The notes under the pieces are model-generated. The model did no database searches, was not told the origin of the DNA, and was given only the letters and a program-made list of their open reading frames with translations. From Octopus bimaculoides (taxonomy: Eukaryota): a DNA stretch of 64,000 nucleotides. The DNA lies in assembly GCF_001194135.2 (NCBI RefSeq), contig NC_068981.1:153006059-153070058 (forward strand), read 5' to 3'. Positions 13,037-24,460 of the stretch are shown one piece after another; position 1 is the first letter of the stretch, and each line of letters opens with the position of its first letter. The position numbers were made by a program, and so were the translations under genes.

Positions 13037-15559
13037 GTGAGTTCATTTTACATTTTTGTCCCCTACCCCATGGTAGAGTAGGCCAATTCATTTAATGTCT
13101 TCATTAAATTTTCAGATCAACTAAATGATAATAAAGAAGAAATATCATCACAAATCTCTAATGTGTCTTGTAGGGATACTAATGGACTCCACATGATGAC
13201 CTGTCTAGAAATAGTTGTCAAGCCACCCTCAAAAAGCATCTTACTATTTTGAAAAAAAATTTTGGTTGCAACTATAGACACACTAATGACATCATTATCA
13301 TTGTTATTTTAACGTCTACTTTCCCATACTTGCATAGATCCAACAAAAGTACATTGGGGTAGGGCTTTCTACAGCTGGATACCTTTCCTGATGCCAACCT
13401 CCACCTGATTCCAAGTGAGATAATAATCCTTTAGTCAACTGAACAACAAACAGCCTCTGGACGTTTATGTAGAGAACTAGAAACAAACGCCACTGTATGA
13501 ATGAGACTTTTGTTTACAAAGCTTGCGCAATGATGTCAAGAAGCCTGGACAGGCTTTTGTGGTGAGTTACCCACAAACAACACAGTCAGTGAGCACTGAT
13601 GTTTACAACCAATGAACATATGTGAAGATGAGGGGAAATACAAACTCACTCATACAAAAACACATACATACACAGGCACATACAAAAAATATTTGCATGT
13701 GAACATTTGTTCACATGCTTTAAGTTTCTGTCTACCAAATTCACTCACAAGCTTTGGCCGGTCCAGTGTTATTGTAGAAGAAACTTGCCCAAGGTGCCAC
13801 TCACTGGGACTGAATTCAAAACCTCATGGTCCAGAAGCAAACTTCTTAACCACATACCCATATCCTACACACACACACATATACGATAGGCTTCTTTTAG
13901 TTTCCGTCTATCAAATCTACTCACAAGACTTTGGCTGGCCCAAGGCTATAGTAGAAGACACTTGCCCAAGGTGCTATGCAGTGGGACTGAATCCGGAACC
14001 ATGCGGTTGGGAAGCAAGCTTCTTCTTAATACACACACACATATATATTTATATAAAAACACAGATATGCACACACACACACACATTTATAAACACGCAT
14101 ATGCATGCATGCACACACAAGCATGTGTGAGTGCGCACACACACACGTTGGTTACTGACATAAAGTAACACCATATTTCTCAGAATACACTGTGTTAAGG
14201 ATGTAACCATACAATGTAAAGGTTGCTCATAGAAAAAGGTTCTTTATACTTCATCTTATGATCAATAGAAATCTAAAAGCTACATTTATAACAACCTTAA
14301 GATTTTGCCTTTGTTTTCTGTTGTGATCTTTGTCTTTTTTTCTTATTTTTCTCTTCATTTTCATATATTTCCCTCCCTCCCTCCATTCATTCTCGTCCTT
14401 ACATGCTCACCATCACTGTCCTAGTGACTGTTAACTCATAATCTCTCCTTTCTTTTTCTCTCCTCCTTCTTTGAAAAATGTAAAAAGAAAAAAAAAAATT
14501 CTGTTTCATTATCTTGGTTGATGTCTGTGGTACCATTCAACTGATATATATATTGTTGTATAAGACATAGGTAGGTAGGTAAGTTAGATCAGCTGTTTAA
14601 AACCTGAACAAATCACCATTGTCTTCACTTACTGTGTAGTAAGTAAACCAACTTTTCCTATCATTTGACCACAATTATTCCAATCCCTCCACCGTTGCAA
14701 CTTCCTTTGTGTCTTCTTTCTATATCTGGTCTCTAGGAAAGCTAACCTTTGTCTTTCCCAAGATTCTCCTTTTCTTTTTCTTTCTTAAATCTTTGTCTTT
14801 CTATTTTACTTCTATTTTTATTTTTTATACATGCACTGTACTCTAGCTTTTCTTCTGGCCAAAATATATGCTTCTTTCGTTTTTTAAAGAAATTTTTTCT
14901 TTTGTAATATTGAAATTGTCTGCAGTCTACTGTACAGCCTGCTGCAGATACAAGTGTCATTGCCTGACCTTTCATTTGTTCTGCTGCTCGCCATTCTCCA
15001 TTGACAAGAGCAGCAGTGTAAATAGGTAGGGATGACTTGTAGAAGGTCAACTGTTTTTATATTGCTAATAGAGGTGTGGGCTGAGTTGGAGAGGTGGAGT
15101 AGCAAATATTATTGTATCACCTCGGTAGAAAAAAGGTTAATGTGTATAGGCATGTTAAGGAAATACATGATAATGTTGATAACTATTACTGTTGTTGCCA
15201 TGAGGGAACAAGAAAATAATATTAAGACAATGTATTAGATGCAATCCCAGCATCTGAGTAACAGAGTTGTACCTGATGTTATAGTAAAAAGTTCACACGC
15301 ATCCAAGACCTGTGTCTGAAATACTGTATGAGGATACAAAACTGATTTTTAGGTGCTGGTAACAGAGGTTGTCTTTCAAAATTCAAAGATTTATTTTTTT
15401 AGGGATCGATCAGATTCTGATATTCACTTACCCCTCCTTGCTTCTCTGAGCCATGGACTGATGAACTGACTGGCCATCTCTTATGTATGCCCTGCATACA
15501 TCGTGGGCATGTGGTCACTTGACCTGCTAGAGATAGCTGCCAAACTCCTTCAAATTACA

Positions 15560-15780
15560 CACCTTTAATCCTTTACTCTGGTAAATGTAATGCTTAACTA
15601 TTGACATTATTTTAAATTAACCATACATTACCTCATAGCTTTGAAATTTTGATGATGTGTTTGTTTATTTTTAGAATGACTTTGTAGGGTAGGTATGAGA
15701 GACTGGATTTGGCCAGTTTAAATATAAAACAAGTAGAATATTTGGGTTGGATATGGCCAGTTTAAATGCTAAAGGGTTAA
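15560..15780. mobile_element. piggyBac-type MITE family 2 (left end decayed)
   Basis: Ends ...AAATGCTAAAGGG-TTAA and shares internal sequence with the copies at 31360-31575, 38830-38998 and 46340-46565. Confidence 0.65.
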
Positions 15781-18761
15781 AAACAAAGGATATATTGGAC
15801 AATGTAGTTGTGGATATACAAAAAAAACGGGATGGTTCTGGCTAGAATGCTTTTAATTCTAGAGCTACTCTATCAGGGTTTACCTGAAGTTGAACAACAA
15901 TCACAGCATAGTAACAGTGAAGTAAATGAGGGAGCCTTTACATGGATGCTAACCCTGCCTGAAATAACAACCGAACATTCCTAAAATTGCATTCTACTAT
16001 TTTTTAAAAAGAGGGCATACATCTAATGTAGTTCTGTAAACAATGTACCTGGAAATATTGGTGGTCCCCAGTATTGTTGGATCATGTTGAAACATATTTG
16101 ATCATGTCTGTTCATTCTTGGCAAATCTTAGGCTAAGCACCACCACCCTTGTACTAACTGTTTAGTTTTTATATGTCATCGTATTGCCAAATTCCTAACA
16201 CAGTCTTGTTTTCCTCTTCAATATGACCTCCAGTCTTTTAAGTCTAATGTACATCGTCACCTACTGACTTCTGTCTAACATCCATTTTATTCTAGTAGCT
16301 CTTATGTTTTCAGTGGTCTAAGGACCTTGTAATGAGTGAATGCTTAAAAAAAAGAATGAAAAGGGGTCATGTGTCTGCTCTCTCTGCATTTAGTCCATTA
16401 TTCTCAATAATAGCAATAACTCCTTCTGTGTGTATGAAGGAGCTTCTATGTTAGAGCCAGTCACCTTGCTACAAACTTTTCAAAATAACATTTCTATATT
16501 AGACCATGTATTCTAAGCCCTAAATCTGAAGTGATGTTTATAATTCGAAAGTGATGATTGCAATCACAATCAGAGTATTGATTACAGGGTATGTTGCTTT
16601 TAAGAAACCTAAATGCATCATTTGTTAGATGGAAACTGTGTGAAATCCTACCACTTATTCATGTATGTGTTTTTTTCTTTAGCATTTGTATATCTTGTGA
16701 GATCAAAGATCTCCACCTGGAAAGTTTTCCAGATCAGAAGCACCCAGTACACTCTGTAAAGTGGTTAGTGTTAGGAGGGGCCTAGCTTGTCAGCCCCTGT
16801 CAAACCATCCAACCTATGTCAGCATGGAAAACTGATGTTAAATGAAGATAATGATAATGACAACGAGGTGTCAGTGTAGTGCCCTCTCCAGGGCACCAAC
16901 TTAGGACAGAGTGTATGGAAGACTAGCAGTTTTCTATGCAGCAAGTTTGCCTTCTCTACACAACTGATGTTGTTGGCCAAAGGAAAAGCAAAGGCCAGTA
17001 CAGCTTACATCATTATCATCACAGCAGTTTCTAGAATAAAGTTGAAGACAATGTCAAATTGCTTTAGAGGTTTCACTTTATGCTATGTAGTCAATTTATT
17101 TAACCCCAATACTTGATTAGTACTGGTGTTTTTTTTTTTCTTTTTTTCTTTCTTATCAAGAGAGAAGAAAGAAAAATGAAATCCACTCTTAGAAATCGGA
17201 GAATGTTGCAATGCATTTCTTTGGACTATTTTTCAACTATATTCTGTAGCTTTAGACAGTTTTATTATTGTAGTGTGTTTGTTACAAAGGCCATCCAAGG
17301 ATAGAAGAATGGCTCTTGTGGTTTAGTGAAGCAAGTGTGTGTGTGTGTGTGTGTGTAAAATAAAAACCTTTACAAAATAAAACTATAGACCCTGAAATGC
17401 CAGTAGTTAAAAGGAGAATGAACAGGAAAGTAAATCTTAAATGAAGCATTAGGTGAATGAAGAATTGTTGGCTGTGGTCCAATACATCAGTAATTGTAAG
17501 GGGGAGTGCAAACAAAGATGAATGAATGAAAAGGAAACAAGGCAAAAATATAATTGGTGAAGCCGTTAGAGCTTGTTACAATGAGAAGCCCTTAGGGTTG
17601 TGATACAAAGTTGATGTGGACTACTCCCCTAGTACATGTCCCTCCACAGCCACTACTAACACTGCCACTCATTCAGCATTAACGCAAGACTACATTTATG
17701 TAATTTGTTTATTTATTTATCTTATGCACACAGAGCTTCCATCCAATCTACCTGTTTTTCCTTTAAAGTGGCAAACTCATATTTTTCTTTAAATCACATT
17801 TGTACAAATGTAAGTTACTTAATTGGCTGTGATTAGCCTAACTAGATTGCATGATGAGGACGGATCACTGCTGTAGTTCAGTGCAAAAATTGTATAATAG
17901 TCTGTCTATGCAATACACACACACACACATATATATATAGAGAGAGAGAGAGAGAGAAAGAGAGAGGTGGGGAGAGAGATATATTCATACATACACATGT
18001 GCATATTGAAGTAACATTCTCATGAAAGATCTTTTTTCTGCTGTATATGATTACATACACTCACATATGAGTTAGTTATCTTTTATCATATATGGTCCCA
18101 TTATGGAGTTATAGGCCAGGTATGATTGCTGAAAATTCACATCTTAAACCACTCAAAGCTACTGCTTCATTGTTATGCGATTCTCAGCTCTTTCTTTCAT
18201 TTGCTATCATTATGGTTTTCCCACAAAGTCCACCACAAATTGCCGTTTTTGTCTTTAATTAAGCATTGAAAAGTGGCTTCTCGTCAAGCCTGGCCTCTGA
18301 GTCACTCAGTGGTTGTTGTTCAATAGGACTTGACAAGGATAATTCTGGAATTATATGGTTGTCAAAATTGGCCATTGTTGCTGTGGGCTAATTTATACAA
18401 CTGTGACCAGTGTTGGACACCTATAATCTTGCCAAGTATTGCCAATAGTTGTTAGCCACTTCTGAATGAAGAGGAACCTAAGATTACTGAAATGGCTTTC
18501 CTTTGTATGAAACTACTCCAGGAAAATAATTTAGCAATTTGCAACCAAAATTACAACTGCTAATCCTTGTTTATTTTTTTTTTATCATTTTTCTCTCTTC
18601 CTTTTCCTTTTGTTTGTTCTTTCTAACTTTGAAACCCGTTGTCCGCCGAACACAAAAATAAGCAAACTAACTGAGTAAACATTGTGACGTAGCCATGTTC
18701 ATCGATAAGCAGCCTAATGAATGATATACAATTGTGCCTTTCTTCTTCCCTGTCACCTTAC

Positions 18762-18935
18762 CGTTCGTCGTAGGCCGTGTCATTATGAATGAGGCCGATT
18801 CTTTTTCAAGACGACACCATCCAAGGGCAAACAACTCTAGGAATTAGTGTTTTGTCGTGTAAGAATCAAGGAAATCATTATCTGGAGTGATAAGGATTTT
18901 CTTTATGGCAGTTTTACGTCGCATTGAAGACAGCT
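18762..18935 (-). CDS. Candidate exon B of the nested gene: 5' leader plus start MTRPTTN (coding 18783-18762)
   Basis: Acceptor gtttttctag|, donor AACG|gtaagg, CpG-rich unique sequence, ATG in ATAatgA context (A at -3). Confidence 0.45.
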
Positions 18936-19477
18936 CTAGAAAAACAGTGTGCAGTGAAAAAGGGATGATATGGGACAATACCAGTAAATTTTGCTTTCTC
19001 TAGAATTGTGTGTGTTTGTGAGAAAGACTGACATTCTACGATCTTAACAGTTGATCTACATTGTGCAGTATTCTTCAAATTGATTTTAACTGGAGAGTAG
19101 AGCTGGAAAGTTGATTGATATTATTGTTCACTTGAAATCTTTTATCATAATCTAAAAAGTCTGCAGCATTAACTAAATTCTTTTTACGTTATGGAAATCT
19201 TAATCAATAACATGGAAAAATAAATAAATAAAACCACAAGCCTGACTTTAAGGTGAAGAAGCTTGCTTTGCAACTACATGGTCACGGGTTCAGTCCCATT
19301 ATGCAGTATCTTGGGCAAGTGTTTTCTACTATAGCCACATGACGACCAGTGCAATATGAGTGAATTTGGTGGATGGAAACTGTGTGGAAGCCCGTTGTAT
19401 ATATGTATGTGTGTGTCTTATGTTTGCGGTTGTCCCCCTCTTGCTTTGCTTGATAAGTGGTATTGGCTCTTTTAGAG

Positions 19478-19800
19478 CAGCGGTCACCAAACTACAACCT
19501 GTGGGCCGAATCCTGCCTGCGAGGTCAGTTCATCCGGCCCGCTGCTGCACTGTACTTTTTATGTAAGTACCTGCAATGAGAGTTCATTTGCCTCTGGTAT
19601 GGCATCAGTGTTTGGAACAACTTATGTCTGTGAGCAAACATTTTCAATAATGAAGTTTGTGATGTCAGCACATCGAACGAAGTTGAGTGATGAACATTTG
19701 AAAGCAATTCTCTTGGTTGGATGCAGCAATTCCAAAGCAAATATCTTAAAAGCTAAACACTAGTTTCCCAAATCTCACTTACCTTTTCTGGCTGCTTAGT
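19478..19800 (+). mobile_element. hAT (Charlie/SPIN-like) internal-deletion derivative with a transposase dimerisation-domain remnant
   Basis: Left end CAGCGGTCACCAAACTACAACCTGTGGGCCG is typical of hAT TIR regions. From 19599 it reads MASVFGTTYVCEQTFSIMKFVMSAHRTKLSDEHLKAILLV, matching the hAT C-terminal FGSTYxCEQxFSxMK..KS..RSRLTDEHL motif. Confidence 0.8.
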
Positions 19801-20966
19801 TTGTGAGAGTTGGATACGTGTGCACTGGGTGTGATTATATAACTATCTTATTGCTAACGTTGTCTTCTTTGATAACTTTTTGGTAAATAAATATGTTGGT
19901 TGTCTTTATTTTTTGTGTATTCACTGTNNNNNNNNNNNNNNNNNNNNNNNNNNNNNNNNNNNNNNNNNNNNNNNNNNNNNNNNNNNNNNNNNNNNNNNNN
20001 NNNNNNNNNNNNNNNNNNNNNNNNNNNNNNNNNNNNNNNNNNNNNNNNNNNNNNNNNNNNNNNNNNNNNNNNNNNNNNNNNNNNNNNNNNNNNNNNNNNN
20101 NNNNNNNNNNNNNNNNNNNNNNNNNNNNNNNNNNNNNNNNNNNNNNNNNNNNNNNNNNNNNNNNNNNNNNNNNNNNNNNNNNNNNNNNNNNNNNNNNNNN
20201 NNNNNNNNNNNNNNNNNNNNNNNNNNNNNNNNNNNNNNNNNNNNNNNNNNNNNNNNNNNNNNNNNNNNNNNNNNNNNNNNNNNNNNNNNNNNNNNNNNNN
20301 NNNNNNNNNNNNNNNNNNNNNNNNNNNNNNNNNNNNNNNNNNNNNNNNNNNNNNNNNNNNNNNNNNNNNNNNNNNNNNNNNNNNNNNNNNNNNNNNNNNN
20401 NNNNNNNNNNNNNNNNNNNNNNNNNNNNNNNNNTTTTTTTTTTCTGCATTCCCCCCTCTGATCCGAGTGTCTCGTTAGTTCCCCCGTTCTTTTTTGTAAT
20501 TATAACAAATTATAACCTTATTTTGGTATCTCTCTTCAACTTCATAGTTAATTGTTTATTTACAGAAGCAGTAGACTGGCACTTGTATTTAAAGTTGTTG
20601 GTAGTGTTTGTTTAGAATTGAGAACAATTTTCACTATTAAATATGTGACATTCAATTTCGATGTTTGAGTAAATAATGATTAACTTCTGAAGGCTTTCTG
20701 GCTTTTCAGTTCTTTTTAAAAACATTGCCCCTCACCACCACCACCGTCATCAACTCTTTTATTCTCACTGCATCTTGTTATTTTTCTCTGAATTTTGTAT
20801 CGCTTCCTCATTTTGTCAAACTTTCATTCTGTTTTCAAGGAAAGAAGTTTGTCATTCTTTTCTCTTTGNNNNNNNNNNGAGTGTTATTTATTTATTTATT
20901 ATCGATTTATAAATTTGCTCATATGTATATTATTATAAATACACTCTGCTTGATAGACTGGGATGC

Positions 20967-20999
<33 letters not shown>

Positions 21000-21006
<7 letters not shown>

Positions 21007-22450
21007 TCTCAGTACATTTTAGTGTAATTAATTTTGTAACAATAACAACATCAATAATAATGTTTTCTTTATAAGCCACTGGGGCTCGCAGAGAGACAAT
21101 AAAAATATGATGAACGTTAAACAGCAGTTTACAAAAGAAAATGTCGTGGACAATTTATAGAAAGCAGAATGATAGTGAAACACGTTGTATAGCGTACGTC
21201 TGTGTGTAGGACGAGTTATTTGTAAAAGAAAAACAAAACTAATTATTATGTGAAATATATTTTTTAAAATGTATAATAATAATTTAACAATGAAGTCTTC
21301 TTATAAACGTTTTCTAACATTGGTAAACATTAAGGTTATAAGTTGTGAGTGCGAGATTTATCCAATTTAATCTACTTTAATTACTTGATTGGTGTTTAGT
21401 TTTGCAATAAAAATAAGAAGAATAACTTTTGTTTTTATTATGATCGTTGAAAATGGCTTATTTATCGATGTCGAGTAATAGTGAAGATAAACTTCAAACG
21501 TTACTTAGCAGTTGTTGTTGCTGTTGGTGGTAGTAGTAATGGTGGTGGTGGTGGTGCAGAGGATGGGAGATATTAAATTTGAGTGTCTTGCAGTTGAAAC
21601 TGAAGGTGAAAACGGTAAACAGTCACAATCAGAAAGGCATGCTTTCTAAAACAAAAGCAGTTTTAAGGAAACAATCAGTTAGCTTCGGCAATGGTGGTGG
21701 TGGTGGTGGTTGTGGGCTATAGAAGTTGTGTGGAGAAACAATGATGATGGAAGGACGGTAACATTGGTGATGGGGGAGTGTAAATTTTCAAAGGAGGTGA
21801 TAGAAATGTTCTTGTTTTGATTCTTTTGTTTTTTCCCCCCATACCGTGTTTCATACTGAACTAACAAGATCATATTAATGGAGCGTTCAGGCGGCTGCAC
21901 ATTGGAGAGGTTTAAAGTATGTTTTAAATATGTCTGTTGCTGGCACTTCTCCCTGACTCGACATCTAGTGTAAAGCTAAACAGACCACGGCTACTCACAC
22001 TTGTGCTAACAATAGATGCAATAACATTGGCTGTGTGCTGGAGACAGAGAGAGAGAGAGAGAGAGAGATGAGGAGGAGGAGGAGGAGGAGGGCAGTTGCA
22101 GAGAGTGAGGAGGTGAAAGTAAGCAAACGATGTAGAAATATAATTGCGGTGCTGGGAGAGTTAAGTGGCGGCGTCAGCGGTCTGTGTAAACTTTCTCTAT
22201 TCTGTTTACAAGGATGTGATTGTCTGTTTGAGGAAATGTGAACTGATCAATAAATAATTACAACTAACGAGTGAGGTGATCAGCGACAATCAATGGCAAA
22301 TCAACATGGTTTACCGGAAGTCTGTTTCTGTCGGAAAGGAGCGTGTCAGTTGGAGAGGAACCAATGCTCTCATCAGTGAATAACAATAGATTCGGTTTGT
22401 AAGAGTACCGTACCTATTTGAATAGCTATCTGTGGTCAAGGAAGTGGAAA
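21000..22450 (-). promoter_or_regulatory. Promoter-like CpG-retaining island inside the TBC1D13 intron
   Basis: Visible CpG enrichment against CpG-poor flanks. ETS motif CCGGAAGT at 22314-22321, Forkhead motif TGTTTACA at 22203-22210, CCAAT boxes at 22026-22030 (minus) and 22361-22365 (plus), and (GA)n/(GGA)n tracts. Confidence 0.5.
21845..22037 (-). other. Candidate leader exon A of a nested antisense transcript
   Basis: Minus-strand donor ACACG|gtatgg at the 21845 boundary. The upper boundary is either the (CT)n-gtctccag| acceptor at 22037 or a nearby TSS. Lies in a CpG-rich island and contains several short uORFs. Confidence 0.45.
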
Positions 22451-22589
22451 CGCATTTCCTCCTTCCTCCTCCCCTTCTTTCACTCCCCCCTCTCTCTCTC
22501 TCTCTCCCTCACTAACATAACACTGTGTGTTACACAAATTGACACACCCACAAATCGACCCACTGGATGTTGTTTTCGTTGCTCTGTAA

Positions 22590-22780
22590 TATCATCAGCC
22601 AGCTAAGTTGCTGCTGATATTTAGCTCCCGGTCAACCCTGATCAAGAAGACCTACGAGCAAAACAATTCCATCCGTGACCATCCCTTATTTAAGGGAGTA
22701 TGGTGTAATTTGAAAGGGTAGAATTTGGTTGCTATTTCTAGCAGATCGAGTGTCCATGTAAATATTCTTCTAAATAAGGC
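22590..22780. repeat. Abundant unclassified interspersed repeat (GATTTGGCTGCTATTTCTAGCAGGTC core), representative copy
   Basis: The same core, or its reverse complement, recurs at ~11130-11330, 13170-13300, 15400-15560, 23820-24050, 25060-25290, 26380-26650, 39130-39340, 42670-42870, 53430-53640, 58530-58650 and 61080-61190. Confidence 0.7.
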
Positions 22781-24071
22781 TCAAAGTGAGAAATTTGTGG
22801 GGAAAGGAAAGGAACAGTTGATTATATCAGATTCAGTTACTTGACTGATACTCTTTTTAATTACCCAGAGGGATGAAAATTAATGTTGACTTTGACAGGA
22901 CTTGAGCTCAGTATCTACAGAGCTTGAAGAAATTACTGCAAGGCAGTTGATCCAGTGGTCTAATCAAAGTTGTATTAATTGGAGGGAGCTCGAGTTTTGT
23001 GTTACATTCCAAAATTCCTAAAGCACAGATGATTAAATGTTCTGTTCTCAAGGTTTATTAAAATCATCATCATTACCTTTCATTCTGTGACCTATCAGTA
23101 ATGAGCAGCCTGCAGTCTTCGGAACATTTTGAATGGTATTCCTAACCATGACACAACAAACAATTGGAGTCTGGACAGCTATCAAACTGTCCAACCCATG
23201 CCAGCATGGAAAATGGACGTTAAAGAATGATAATATGCTGTTGGGATTAACCAATCACAATGTTTTGTAGATTAATACAAAAGAAGGTGTGGTGTTAATC
23301 TTTCAAATTGCATACAGTTCTTTGTCTGAAGGACCACAACTCTTGCAGATTCCTTTCTTCCACTCTATGCTGTATGTTAATGCTACCTGTCAGTAATGGG
23401 CAATCTGCAGCCTTAGATACGTTTTGAATGGTATTCCTAACGAAAAATTATCTTGAAGTTTTTTTAGCAGGCTGCATTAAGATCCATAGAGGCTCTAAGC
23501 ACTTAAAAGACTTTGGTGCTCTCCTGTATATATAATTCAAAATATAAACAATGATAGACCATAAAATAAATTTTTATTTTTCAAAATGAAGCAAGTCTAA
23601 CAAGTAAGATGGAAAATGTTTATTTTTGTATACTTTCACTTTATATATTTTAAAAAAGTTTTCTACTTTTTTTAATTGAAAAGTCTTTGATTAGATCCTC
23701 ACTATAATACCATGAACAAACCACTTGGAATATTATTTTATTTCTGTGGTACCCCTTCTCTTGATGCCCTAAGCACATGCTTATTTTGCTTAGTGGTTCA
23801 TTCAACATTGCCTACTTTACATGGTCATTCAACTTGCTAAAAATAGCAAGTAAATTTCTTTCAAACCATACCCTGTTATCTTTAAATAAAAATTATAATC
23901 TATATTATATGAGAAAAAGAAAGACATAATAATCATGATTGTAATAGTTTTGATAAGGGTATGTTCAGGCAGGGCTGACTAGGGGTTAAAAAACAGTAAA
24001 TGGATTTACAAAAAAGACAAGATTGGTCACAGCTGGAATATGCATTTGATTTTTTGTCTGTTCAGTTATGA

Positions 24072-24460
24072 TTCTCTCTTTTGGCACTCCGTTGTTTACG
24101 ACGTCGAGGGTTCCAGTTGATCCGATCAACGGAACAGCCTGCTCATGAAATTAACGTGCAGGTGGCTGAGCACTCCACAGACATGTGTACCCTTAACATA
24201 GTTCTCGGGGATATTCAGCGTGACACAGTGTGACAAGGCTGATCCTTTGAATTACAGGCACAACAGAAACAGGAAGAAAGAGTGAGAGAAAGTTGTGGTG
24301 GAAGAGTACAGCAGGGTTCACCACCATCCCCTGCCGGAACCTCGTGAAGCTTTAGGTGTTTTCGCTCAATAAACACTCACAACGCCCGGTCTGGGTATCG
24401 AAACCACGATCCTATGACCGCGAGTCCGCTGCCCTAACCACTGGGCCATTGCGCCTCCAC
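24072..24460 (-). mobile_element. Near-intact young tRNA-derived SINE with a 10-bp TSD
   Basis: Head GTGGAGGCGCAATGGCCCAGTGGTTAGGGCAGCGG...GGTTTCGATACCC. Perfect flanking TCAGTTATGA at 24062-24071 and 24461-24470; CpGs retained. Confidence 0.88.

Noticed and set aside
14981-15016. SECIS or IRE interpretation of the hairpin
   Set aside because: It has no AUGA/GA quartet with apical AA and no CAGUGN loop.
15268-15290. ACATCAGGTAC (minus strand) resembling part of miR-12
   Set aside because: The seed does not match and no supporting hairpin surrounds it.
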